NCBI GenBank assembly: GCA_965279565.1
Contig: OZ257249.1
Span: 2,897,116 to 2,961,115 of the forward strand
DNA from: Tagaea sp.
GTDB taxonomy: Bacteria > Pseudomonadota > Alphaproteobacteria > CACIAM-22H2
Length of the DNA: 64,000 nucleotides
Direction of reading: 5' to 3'
Numbering within the stretch: position 1 is the stretch's first letter; each line of letters opens with the position of its first letter. A program made the position numbers and the translations under genes. Below the pieces are notes generated by a model, which saw only the letters and a program-made list of their open reading frames with translations, made no database searches and had not been told where the DNA came from. Of this stretch, positions 48,744 through 58,013 are shown one piece after another.

Positions 48744-49412
48744 ATGATCGATCTCGACAAGCACGACTGGCCGTCGATCGCGGCGCGCTTCAAGCGGCTC
48801 TACACGCCGGCGGTCTGCGACGTGCTCGACGACTACGAGCTGCGCCACCAGTACGTCCACCATGGCATCCGGCCGCTCGACCGCACGCTGATGCTGGCAG
48901 GCCCCGCCTTCACGATCGTCGGCATGTCGAACTCGACGCGCGACAAGTCCAAGCGCATGGGGCCGCGCGTCATCGACAGCTTCGTGCCGCATGTCGTGGC
49001 CTGCTACGACACGATGGGCAACGAGGACACCGGCGTGTGGGGCGAGCTGTGGAGCGTGGGTGCCGCCAAGCGCGGCTGCGTGGGTGCCGTCGTCGATGGC
49101 GGCATTCGCGACACGGCCTATATCCGGCGCGCGGGCTTCCCGATGTACCATCGCCACACCGCACCGGGCGACGCGGTCGGCCGTTTCAACATCGTCGATT
49201 TCAACTGCCCGGTGTCGATCGGCGGCGTGCGCGTCAATCCGGGCGACTACGTCTTCGGCGACGAGGACGGCATCATGATCATCCCGCGCGCGATCACGAT
49301 CGAGGTGCTGGAGAGGGCGGAAACCGTCTGCGCGCGCGAGAACCGCATCCGCGACGCGATCGACGGGAACACCTCGCTCGCCGATCTCTACACGAAGTTC
49401 GGCCAGTTCTGA
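48744..49412 (+). CDS. RraA-like protein (4-hydroxy-4-methyl-2-oxoglutarate aldolase / RraA family)
   Basis: Start at the internal ATG (MIDLDKHDW...) with an AGGGGACAGG SD. RraA-like fold motifs GAVVDGGIRD and IIPR. Confidence 0.75.
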   Translation: MIDLDKHDWPSIAARFKRLYTPAVCDVLDDYELRHQYVHHGIRPLDRTLMLAGPAFTIVGMSNSTRDKSKRMGPRVIDSFVPHVVACYDTMGNEDTGVWGELWSVGAAKRGCVGAVVDGGIRDTAYIRRAGFPMYHRHTAPGDAVGRFNIVDFNCPVSIGGVRVNPGDYVFGDEDGIMIIPRAITIEVLERAETVCARENRIRDAIDGNTSLADLYTKFGQF

Positions 49413-49422
49413 GCGCCGCCGC

Positions 49423-50298
49423 ATGGCCGCCCCGAAGCGCCGAATCCTGCTGACGGGATCGCTCGGCCATCTCGGCGCGGCCGTCGCGCGTGAGCTTGCC
49501 GGGGCCGGACACGAGCTGACCTGCATCGACCGGCGCCCGCCCGACGGAAACCCGCCGGGCGCCTTCGTGCGCGACGACCTGTCGGATGTCGGGCGGCTCG
49601 CGGGCCTGATGAACGGGATGGACGCCGTCGTCCATTGCGCCGCGATCGCCAGGCTGCACGCGGCCCCCGAGGAAACGGTCTTCGCGACGAACGTCACGAC
49701 GACCGCGAACATGCTGCTTGCGGCCGAACGCGCCGGGATCGGCCGTTTCGTCTATGCGTCGAGCCAGTCGGCCCTGGGTTTCGCCTATGCGCCGCGCATC
49801 GTGCCTCCCGACCGGCTGCCGGTCGACGAGACGCATCCCTGCCGGCCGGTCGAAGGCTACGGGCTGAGCAAACGCGTGGGCGAACAGCTTTGCGAGATGG
49901 TGTCCGCGCGGTCGGCCATGACGAGCGTGGCGCTGCGCTTCCCGGTCATCTGGTCGCACGAACGTTTCGAGGCGCACACGCGCAAGCGACTCGACGATCC
50001 GGTCCAGGCAGCTAAGAGCCAATGGGCCTATGTCGACCTGCGCGACGCCGCCACTGCGTGCCGGCTTGTGTCAGAGGTAACGCTCACCCATCCTCATCGC
50101 GTATACAACATTGGCGCAAGCCGGCCATTCGAGCTTACTGATGCGGCCGTAATTCTAAGAGTTTCCTATGGCGAAGTTGATGGATTGTCGGATGTTTTAG
50201 CATCGGGTGATGCGTTGTTCGATACCACCCGGGCTAGGTTCGAACTAGGGTTCCAGGCGCAATGGTGCTGGAACAGAATGCGGGTCGAGCATGTCTAA
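49423..50298 (+). CDS. NAD-dependent epimerase/dehydratase family protein
   Basis: ILLTGSLGHLGAAVARELAGAGHEL Rossmann motif. The last ~70 codons (from about 50090) are markedly lower in GC than the rest of the gene. Confidence 0.75.
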   Translation: MAAPKRRILLTGSLGHLGAAVARELAGAGHELTCIDRRPPDGNPPGAFVRDDLSDVGRLAGLMNGMDAVVHCAAIARLHAAPEETVFATNVTTTANMLLAAERAGIGRFVYASSQSALGFAYAPRIVPPDRLPVDETHPCRPVEGYGLSKRVGEQLCEMVSARSAMTSVALRFPVIWSHERFEAHTRKRLDDPVQAAKSQWAYVDLRDAATACRLVSEVTLTHPHRVYNIGASRPFELTDAAVILRVSYGEVDGLSDVLASGDALFDTTRARFELGFQAQWCWNRMRVEHV

Positions 50299-50367
50299 CT
50301 GTTCGCACTTCATTGTCGGCCAAGTTGCTGAGGAGGTCGGGGACCAGAATGCCAATTTTCGTAACCT

Positions 50368-50490
50368 CGGTTCCTTGATTTCCACTCAGTTCGTTCAAAT
50401 GCGAGAAACGGTAGAAATGCCGTTGAAATCACTGAATAATTATCAGTTTTGAGGGCTGGGGGCGTAGATTCGGATCCTGTCGCTCCGACC
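50368..50490 (+). repeat. repeat family copy F (most diverged, AT-rich): GGTTCCTTGATTTCCACTC...CGTTGAAATCACTGAATAATTATCAG...GGCTGGGGGCGTAGATTCGGATCCTGTCGCTCCGACCA
   Basis: Same modular order as copies A-D and the same acceptor-like end CGCTCCGACCA, but a degraded T-arm and no clear downstream hairpin. Confidence 0.6.
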
Positions 50491-50852
50491 AAACAAACAG
50501 GCCAGCCGGTCACAGGATCGACTGGCGTTGTTCGTTCTGCCTTGCGCTACTGCGGGGTCGGCTCATCCCGCACGATCAAGTTCATCGATCGCGACGCGCA
50601 AGCTCGGCATTGCGTCCCTGCGCGAGCCAGTCGGAGACGGGCCGGTTGTGGTGATCGATGCGCGCCATTCGATCTGGAGCCGCATCTTCGTGAACATGCT
50701 GTAGCCCGTCAGGGCAAGGAACGCCGTCGCCAGTGCGGCGAAAGGGCCGAAACCTTTTTTCTCTGACCTGCATGCACAGAACTCGTTGATCAGAGATCTG
50801 ATCGACGGGCTTTTCGAGAAAATTGCATTGCCGTACTCAAAATTCGGAAGGC

Positions 50853-52328
50853 TCACGGCTTCCGTGATCTCCATTCCCGCCAGAACGGCCAGACGAAACA
50901 TGCGGCCGCGACAAGTAGCAGGCCAAGCGATCCCGGGCGGGTCACGAGTGGCCACATCGAGCCGTCGGATATCATGAGTGCCGACCGAAGTTTCGCTTCC
51001 GCCATCGGTGCCAGGACGAAGCCGATCACGAACGGGGCAAGTGGGAAGCGTGCGAATTCCATCGCCAATCCGACCAGTCCGAACAGAAGCATGATCCAGA
51101 CGTCGGAGACCTGCCCATCGACGGCGAACGCTCCGACAATGCAGAACACGACAACGGTCGGGAACAGAATCGCGCGAGGTACGAGCATTAGCCTGGCGAA
51201 GAGAAGCACGCCTGCCGTCATCAGCACGTACATCGCGACATGCGCGACAAGGTGCGTCGCCATGATCGTGTTGACGATTTCGGGATTCGTCGAGAACAGC
51301 AGCGGGCCGGGCCGCAGGTTGTGCATGACGAGGGCCGCCAGCAGGATCGCGTCGGCGATCCCGCCGGGAATTCCCAGTGCTAGGAGCGGGATAAGCGAGC
51401 CGCCGGTCGTCGCGTTGTTGGCGCTCTCCGCCGCGACGATCGCCTCCTCGCTGCCCGTGCCGAACGCCTCCGGGGTCTTCGACACGTTCTTCGCGACCGT
51501 GTAGGCGACGATCGACGACACTGCCGAGCCTACGCCTGGGTGGATCCCGATCCACACGCCGATCAGCGAAGAACGCAGCATGTTCCAGCCATGCACGACA
51601 TAATCGCTGAGCCGGAGAAAGACGCCACGCATCGACGCGCGGACATGATCGTTGCCTTGTTCGATGTGCATCGTGTCGGCGACGAGCTGCGACATCGCGA
51701 ACAGGCCGATGACGACGGGCAAAAGCTGGAATCCGTTGGTCAGCGCTTCGACGCCGAATGTCAGACGTACGATGCCGGAAGTCTGGTCTACGCCCGGCAT
51801 CGCGACGAGGACGCCGAGCAATGCCGAAATCATACCTTTGAGGAACGAACCGCGGCTGAGGGAGGAAACGAGCACGAGCGCGGTGAGCACGAGTGCGAAA
51901 TTCTCCCAAGGCCCCAGCAATACGGCGAGATCGGCCACAGGGCGCGTCAGCAACACAAGGAAGAGCCAGCCCACGAATCCGCCGACGATCGAACCGGCAT
52001 TTCCGAGGCCCAGTGCCCGCCCGGGAAATCCCTTTTTGGCGAGCGGATAGCCGTCGAGCGTCGTCATCACCGCATTCGGCTCGCCGGGGATGCGCATCAG
52101 TGTCGCAGTGACAAGACCACCCGAGATACCGCCCACGAACATCGAGATCAACAGCACGATCGCATTGGTCGGCGACATCGAGTAGGTGAACGGCAGCGTG
52201 AGCGCCATCAACATGCCAGCCGTGATACCCGGCATGACGCCGACGGCGATGCCGATCGTCACGCCCGTCATCATGATGAGGAAGGGGAGGGGCGTTGCTA
52301 GATTGAAGAAAGCGTCCGCAAGCGTCAT
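50853..52328 (-). CDS. tctA: TctA-family tripartite tricarboxylate transporter large permease
   Basis: 491 aa from the internal ATG (MTLADAFFNLATPLPFLIMMTGVTIGIAVGVMPGITAG...). The listed 658-aa ORF has an Arg-rich spurious N-terminus. Confidence 0.9.
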   Translation of the reverse strand: MTLADAFFNLATPLPFLIMMTGVTIGIAVGVMPGITAGMLMALTLPFTYSMSPTNAIVLLISMFVGGISGGLVTATLMRIPGEPNAVMTTLDGYPLAKKGFPGRALGLGNAGSIVGGFVGWLFLVLLTRPVADLAVLLGPWENFALVLTALVLVSSLSRGSFLKGMISALLGVLVAMPGVDQTSGIVRLTFGVEALTNGFQLLPVVIGLFAMSQLVADTMHIEQGNDHVRASMRGVFLRLSDYVVHGWNMLRSSLIGVWIGIHPGVGSAVSSIVAYTVAKNVSKTPEAFGTGSEEAIVAAESANNATTGGSLIPLLALGIPGGIADAILLAALVMHNLRPGPLLFSTNPEIVNTIMATHLVAHVAMYVLMTAGVLLFARLMLVPRAILFPTVVVFCIVGAFAVDGQVSDVWIMLLFGLVGLAMEFARFPLAPFVIGFVLAPMAEAKLRSALMISDGSMWPLVTRPGSLGLLLVAAACFVWPFWREWRSRKP

Positions 52329-52837
52329 GGCAGGGCCACCAGCAGGATCTTGCGGAAGACGTGCTCGATCGCCGCTGTCGCAGTCAGAGCCACGCCGATA
52401 ACCCAATAGATGAGCGGCCGGCGCATGCGTGCCATCGCAAGTCCGAGGATTGCAAGGAACACGAATGTCGACAGGAAGAAGGGGACGTTGAGCCAGATCG
52501 CGGCGACATAGGCGGCTGTTGCCGCGAATGCAAATGCCGCAAGCCCGGGGCGCAGCGGATAACCGGCATCTCCGGCCGAAGCATCCAGCCCGCCAATCAG
52601 CGACTGCGTCGCCTGACCGATATGCAGCCCCAGCAGTGCTCGCACGAGAAGTGCGAAGCCCAACGCGAGCAGGGCAAGCGCCGCCGCCATCGGAACGGCG
52701 CCGGGACCGAGCGGATCGTAGACCGCAGGCGGCTCGCGCCAGCCGGCGACGAAGGCGACGCCGCCGACGACGATTACGACCGACGCGGCGAGCGCATCGT
52801 TCCGGTGTTCGCCCTCGGGCGGCTTCCAACTTGCCAA
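52325..52837 (-). CDS. tctB: TctB-family small permease
   Basis: 170 aa with 4-5 TM segments. ATGA overlap with tctA. Confidence 0.7.
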   Translation of the reverse strand: MASWKPPEGEHRNDALAASVVIVVGGVAFVAGWREPPAVYDPLGPGAVPMAAALALLALGFALLVRALLGLHIGQATQSLIGGLDASAGDAGYPLRPGLAAFAFAATAAYVAAIWLNVPFFLSTFVFLAILGLAMARMRRPLIYWVIGVALTATAAIEHVFRKILLVALP

Positions 52838-52847
52838 GCGCCGTGCC

Positions 52848-53798
52848 CTAACGTGCCGGTGCTGCGGTCTTGGCGACAGGCTCGATCATCTTGAAAACGT
52901 CATCGAGCCGCTTGGCGAAGGCAGGCCCGCGCATGAACTGCCCGGTCTGCGCCTGTTTCTGGAAGAACTCCTTCATGTCGGGCGAGCCGTTCGCCTTCTC
53001 CAGCGCATCGGCCATGCCTTCGATCGCCTCGCGAGAAGTTCCCTTGGGGGCGAACCAGAAATTCTCGGCACAGTAGTCGAATCCAAGGCCGAGTTCGCGT
53101 GCGGTCGGGATTCCCGGTTCGAGCGAAAGCCGCTCAGGCCCCGAATAGGCGAGTGCGCGAATGCCGTTCGCCTTGTAGGTCTGGTACTCCGAGCTCGACA
53201 GGACGGTGACCTGCGTGTGCCCGCCCATGATCGCCGCGAAATTCTCGCCGCCACCGCCGATCTGCGCGTAGCGGAACTTGGCGCCGGGGAACCCCTGTTC
53301 CATGAACAGCGCCATCATGTGGTTGAGCGCACCGATATTCACGCCGGCGACGATCGTGTTGGGCTGTGCCTTCGTCGCGTCCAGTAGGTCCTTGAGGGTC
53401 GTGAACTTCGAATCGCCCCGGACGATCGGGTGGAAGCAGAAGCCACCGGTCAGCGCGACGGGTTCGAAATTGCGATAGGAGACGCCGCGCGCGGGATCGA
53501 CGACTTCTCCCGACAGAAGGGCGAGATGGATGGCAAGAAACGTGTGGCCGTCGGGCTGGGCCGTCATGACCTGGCGCGCGCCGACCGAGAAGTGACCGCC
53601 CACATTCTGGATCGCGACTGGCTGGGAGACGATCTTGCGCTCGTCCAGCACCTTCTGGAGCGTGCGGGCGAGGATGTCGGTCGTGCCACCGGGCCCGAAC
53701 GGCACGACGATGCGGATGGGCTTTTCCGGCCAAGCCGCCATCGCAGGCACGACGGATGCAAAAACGGCGACGATCGCGGCGGCGATTCGGAGCAGCAT
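52848..53798 (-). CDS. tctC: TctC/Bug-family periplasmic binding protein
   Basis: Start trimmed to MLLRIAAAIVAVFASVVPAMA (signal peptide). Bug-family motifs KPIRIVVPFGPGGTTD. Confidence 0.85.
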   Translation of the reverse strand: MLLRIAAAIVAVFASVVPAMAAWPEKPIRIVVPFGPGGTTDILARTLQKVLDERKIVSQPVAIQNVGGHFSVGARQVMTAQPDGHTFLAIHLALLSGEVVDPARGVSYRNFEPVALTGGFCFHPIVRGDSKFTTLKDLLDATKAQPNTIVAGVNIGALNHMMALFMEQGFPGAKFRYAQIGGGGENFAAIMGGHTQVTVLSSSEYQTYKANGIRALAYSGPERLSLEPGIPTARELGLGFDYCAENFWFAPKGTSREAIEGMADALEKANGSPDMKEFFQKQAQTGQFMRGPAFAKRLDDVFKMIEPVAKTAAPAR

Positions 53799-53854
53799 CG
53801 GACTTCCTCCCCTTGTGACTTTGATTGCGAGTATTGGATTTTGGCGGCAGGCGG

Positions 53855-55264
53855 TCAAGCAAGCCTCGATACGCGGCCGATCGCATCAAGCTTGGCGTCG
53901 GCGAGATATCCGTACCTGTTGACCCAGATCCGGCCTCCGGATGCGTTCCAGGCGACCCGGCAGCGCTCCTCGAAATCGGCGACCGGCCCGTACCCGTGTG
54001 CCAGCGCATAGACGGGAACGCGGCCGGCCGCGCGGCGTGCCGTTTCAATCTTCGCTGCTTGCGCCCTTTCTCCGACTGGATGCGCTTCGTCGGGTTCGGG
54101 GTATCGCCAGTCTTCCAGCCGTGCCGGTCCTGGGCCGTCCCCTATTCCGAAGAGCCGTGCGATGCCGCGACCCAGATTGGGATTGCCTGCCAGAGAAGGG
54201 TTCGCAGCGGCGATCGTGTCGGCCCAGGCGCGCACCATCATCGGCCAGTGCATGGTGTAGAGCTTGACAGACACGCCATTACACATGCCGTCGAGCGACC
54301 CGAAGTCAAACCCGCTAAGTTGTGTCCATGGCGGCGGAAATGAATTTGGCACAAGCTTGATGTGGCCGGCACCGGCATCGTCGAGCGCGTCGCGGAAGGT
54401 CCGGATGATCTCGCCGGACAGCACCGACTTGAATCGTAGCCATGCCGCCAGCGCCGGCGTGCCGCCGAAGAGTGCTTCAACCGACGTCCGCCCCGCGGCC
54501 CAGTCGGCGAGATACTTGGGTACGAGACCGCCCAGAAGGCGCGCGCGCAGGTCCGCCGCGGCGGCTCGCATGACGGGGAAGTCGAAATCGAGCCTCTGCG
54601 CAGCCGCTTCAGCGTGCGAGCCGAAATCGAAGAAGGCGCCCTCGAGTGAGTAGGGGGGGTACTCCGGCCAGTCGACGCGCAATCCATCGATTTCGGGATA
54701 GGCGCGTACGAGATCCCGGACAAGTGCGCGCGCATAGGCGCGAACATGCGGGCTTGCGAGCGAGGCATTGTTGTCGACGCGGACAGTCGGCGACGTGCCG
54801 TCCGGCAGGCGTGGTCGGTCGTCCTCTTCCGGGCCGCCGAACTGCACGCGGTAACCGGGCGGGATGGCCGCCTGTATCTGGAGATAGACCTCGAGGCCGC
54901 GTGCCTTTGCGGCCCGGATGCTGTCCGCAATGACGCGTCCCTGTGAGATCGTGAGTTCATCGGCGACCGCAGGGCGATATCGCAAGCCGTCGTAGAGCGT
55001 TGCGTCCGGCACGAAGCTTGGCGACGTTCGCACGAATAGTTCGCGGCGACCCCAGAGAGGGCGGTCCAAAAGACGGACCTTGCCTGCACCGGCATCGGCG
55101 GGCGGCTCGCGCGATCCTGTTCCGTCTTGTGCAGGTGCCATGACGTAGGGCGACGTCGCGATCGCGGTAATGTCGGCTCGATTCACAAGATTGTCGAGTG
55201 CCGCTTCGACCCCCTCGTTCTGGAAGAACTCCGGAAAGATCGTGATTCCGACGAATCTCGTCAT
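53855..55264 (-). CDS. conserved hypothetical protein (469 aa, possibly TIM-barrel hydrolase-like)
   Basis: Start at MTRFVGITIFPEFFQ with an AAGGAG SD. No confident family assignment by eye. ATGA overlap with the sulfatase gene. Confidence 0.45.
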   Translation of the reverse strand: MTRFVGITIFPEFFQNEGVEAALDNLVNRADITAIATSPYVMAPAQDGTGSREPPADAGAGKVRLLDRPLWGRRELFVRTSPSFVPDATLYDGLRYRPAVADELTISQGRVIADSIRAAKARGLEVYLQIQAAIPPGYRVQFGGPEEDDRPRLPDGTSPTVRVDNNASLASPHVRAYARALVRDLVRAYPEIDGLRVDWPEYPPYSLEGAFFDFGSHAEAAAQRLDFDFPVMRAAAADLRARLLGGLVPKYLADWAAGRTSVEALFGGTPALAAWLRFKSVLSGEIIRTFRDALDDAGAGHIKLVPNSFPPPWTQLSGFDFGSLDGMCNGVSVKLYTMHWPMMVRAWADTIAAANPSLAGNPNLGRGIARLFGIGDGPGPARLEDWRYPEPDEAHPVGERAQAAKIETARRAAGRVPVYALAHGYGPVADFEERCRVAWNASGGRIWVNRYGYLADAKLDAIGRVSRLA

Positions 55265-56748
55265 GCCTGCTCCTTGTCCAACCTGTTCTGTTCGGGGCGC
55301 AGGTCCCAGCGGTGCTGGTCGATCGGCCTGATGCCGCGCGCCCACGCGCCGATGACGTCCTTGTCAGCACGGCGCGCGCGCATGCGCGCGTCGATGGCGA
55401 GGGGATCCCAGTCGGCAAGCAGGCGCCGTTCGAGATCCTCTCGGATACCTCTATGTGTCGCGCTATCGGCCAGATCCGTCATCTCGTCGGGATCGGATGT
55501 CAGGTCGAATAGTTGCGGTCGGTGGCCGTAGTAGTAGACGAGCTTCCAGCCGTCTTTCCGGATCATGCGCTGGCGCACAGCATCACCACCAGTCCAGGCA
55601 GGAATCGAGTCCGTGCAATACTCCGAATAGGTCTCGTCGAGCCATGTCGCTTCCGGATCGCGCGCCACGTCGAGAAAGCTCCGGCCCTGTCCGTTCGGAA
55701 GCGGTTTGCAACCCGTCGCGGCGAGTATCGTCGCGGTTGCGTCGATCAGATTGACCACGTGCCGCCGTCGCTGGCCCACTGGAAGACCGTCTGGCCAGCG
55801 AAGAATGAGCGGAACTTTTACAGACTCCTCGTAGAATGTGTGCTTCCACCACAATCCGCGCTCGCCCAATTGGTCTCCGTGGTCGGAGCTGTAGACGACA
55901 AGTGTGTCGTCGGCGAGACCAAGCTGCTCGAGCCGATCGAGGATCCGGCCGATCAGCAGATCGAGACGCGTCACGAGGCCGTAGTAGGCGGTACGGGCGC
56001 GCAGTTCGTTCGCCGGATCGGCATCGACGATGCCACGGTCTTTGCGCCACCAGGCCAGCCAGGGATGCTCGTTTGGCGGTACGGGCAGGCGTGCCGGCGG
56101 AACCTTGCCTTCGTAGGGGAGGTAGTCTTCCCGCCAGGCAACGTACGGTGGATGCGGCAGGATGAAGCCGACGCTCAGGCAGAATGGGGTGTCGTCTCCG
56201 TTTCGTCGACGGACGCCGATCGCATCGAGTTCGTCTAGTGCCGCAGCCGTCGCGTCTATGTCCTTCAGTTGATAGGCGCTTTGCCCGATACCGGAAGCGG
56301 TCAGGCTCTCGCGAAACGGATCGTTGGCGTTCTCGAGAACGCCCATTCCGTGACGCGCCACGCCGGCCCAGTTCGGGCTATGGTCGCCGACCGTGCGCTC
56401 GGCAAATCCATGCATCTGGTCCGGCCCCATCGCGTGCAGGCGGCCGACCAGGAAGGGTCTATAGCCACCGGCCCCCATCGCGTGCGGCCATGTCGCCCTG
56501 TCCGAGGCGAGGAAATCATCGTTTGTCCAGCAGTCCTGCGCCGAAGGATAGCGCGCGGTCAACATCGACATGCGGCTGGGCACGCAGATCGGCGACGGGC
56601 AGTAGGCGTTGTCAAACGTCACGCCACCCGCCGCGAGGCGGTCGAGGGCGGGCGTGCGTGCGACCGGATCTCCGTAGCAGCCTGCAACAGATCTGGCGTG
56701 CTGATCCGAAAACAGGAAGAGCAGATTCGGGCGTTTCGCTGATATCAT
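55261..56748 (-). CDS. sulfatase (formylglycine-dependent arylsulfatase family)
   Basis: 495 aa with sulfatase signature C-V-P-S-R (CPSPICVPSRMSMLTARYP), LLFLFSDQH, and GKW-type C-terminal motifs. Confidence 0.85.
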   Translation of the reverse strand: MISAKRPNLLFLFSDQHARSVAGCYGDPVARTPALDRLAAGGVTFDNAYCPSPICVPSRMSMLTARYPSAQDCWTNDDFLASDRATWPHAMGAGGYRPFLVGRLHAMGPDQMHGFAERTVGDHSPNWAGVARHGMGVLENANDPFRESLTASGIGQSAYQLKDIDATAAALDELDAIGVRRRNGDDTPFCLSVGFILPHPPYVAWREDYLPYEGKVPPARLPVPPNEHPWLAWWRKDRGIVDADPANELRARTAYYGLVTRLDLLIGRILDRLEQLGLADDTLVVYSSDHGDQLGERGLWWKHTFYEESVKVPLILRWPDGLPVGQRRRHVVNLIDATATILAATGCKPLPNGQGRSFLDVARDPEATWLDETYSEYCTDSIPAWTGGDAVRQRMIRKDGWKLVYYYGHRPQLFDLTSDPDEMTDLADSATHRGIREDLERRLLADWDPLAIDARMRARRADKDVIGAWARGIRPIDQHRWDLRPEQNRLDKEQA

Positions 56749-57863
56749 CGACGGACGGCCGATCCGAGAGAAGTCAGATACGAAATGTTGAGCGAGATAC
56801 CGAGGCCGGCGGAATTCGGGATCTTCCCTTTTCCCGATCGTGGTTTCGACAGGCTGCCAGCTACCATCGCGAAGAACGCCGGACTTTCATCATACTGGTG
56901 CTCGAGGATCGTGAAGCCCGGTAGTCCTGCGCAAAGATGCAGACTCGCGACATGCGAGACGGGTCCGGTTGGATTGTGTGGCGCGACCTGCACGCCTCTT
57001 CGGGCGGCGTAGGCGGCGATCCTGCGAAACTCGGAAAGCCCTCCGGCGTACTTAACGTCGGGCATCAGGACGTCGTAGAGATTGCTGTCGACATAGGGCC
57101 GGAAGCTCTCGAGACCGGTTCCCGTCTCGCATCCGGCCAGCAACGCGCCGGCGGAATTCGCATGCGCCTTCAGTCTGCTCAATGCGGAATAGGACGCTGG
57201 GATCTCCGGAATCGGGCATTCGAACCAATCGAGGCCGAACGCCGCAAGCGCGTCGATTGCCCGGCGCGCGCCGGCTTCGTCGAACCGCCAGTGACAATCG
57301 ACGTAGAGCTTCCGAGACGGTCCGATCTCGTCGCGTACGGCTCTTGCACGCGCGACGCCTGCAGCGATCTCCGGCGGACTGCCGGGAATCACCTCGTCGA
57401 ACGGGGCGATCTTGATCGTATCGTATCCGTCCGAGACGGCCTTTCGGGCGCTCGCCGCGAAGGATCCGGGACTTCGATCGACCGTTCTCCGATTGATGTT
57501 CGCATAGATCGCGGCCTCGGTCCGTTCGGCGTTGCCGAGCAACGCGTGGAGTGGAGTATCTGCACGTCGCGCGGCTATATCCCAAAGCGCCTGGTCGATC
57601 GCGCTGACGATAGCCGCACCATGTCGGTCGCTATGCGAAATGCCGGCGGCAGCAAGCGGATAGTCGACGGGAAATGCGGGGTGGCCGATCATGGCGCTGC
57701 CGATCCGCGCGGCGGCCAGTGACAGCTCCGATTCCTGACCGGCGAGCGTGGCTTCGCCCCATCCTTCGATTCCGTCGCTATCGGCTACGCGCAGGAATAC
57801 CCAGATTGTCTTCGGACTGATGGTGGCGGCGAACGCGTCAACGTTCCGGATCGACGCGCTCAT
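56745..57863 (-). CDS. enolase-superfamily enzyme (mandelate racemase / galactonate-dehydratase-like)
   Basis: 372 aa from the internal ATG (MSASIRNVDAF...) with a GAGGAA SD. MR_MLE motifs (KIAPFD, DCHWRF, ECP). ATGA overlap with the sulfatase start. Confidence 0.8.
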   Translation of the reverse strand: MSASIRNVDAFAATISPKTIWVFLRVADSDGIEGWGEATLAGQESELSLAAARIGSAMIGHPAFPVDYPLAAAGISHSDRHGAAIVSAIDQALWDIAARRADTPLHALLGNAERTEAAIYANINRRTVDRSPGSFAASARKAVSDGYDTIKIAPFDEVIPGSPPEIAAGVARARAVRDEIGPSRKLYVDCHWRFDEAGARRAIDALAAFGLDWFECPIPEIPASYSALSRLKAHANSAGALLAGCETGTGLESFRPYVDSNLYDVLMPDVKYAGGLSEFRRIAAYAARRGVQVAPHNPTGPVSHVASLHLCAGLPGFTILEHQYDESPAFFAMVAGSLSKPRSGKGKIPNSAGLGISLNISYLTSLGSAVRR

Positions 57864-58013
57864 TCGTGGTTCCTCGTCGTGGATGGGCCGATGTTCCACC
57901 AGATCGCATCGGCTCTCGTTCGAAAACAATGGCACACGACGCCCGGTGCGAGTCAATAATCGTCCTGACGCGATGCGCGCCGGTCCGCGACGTCGACGTC
58001 GCGGGAGGACGGC

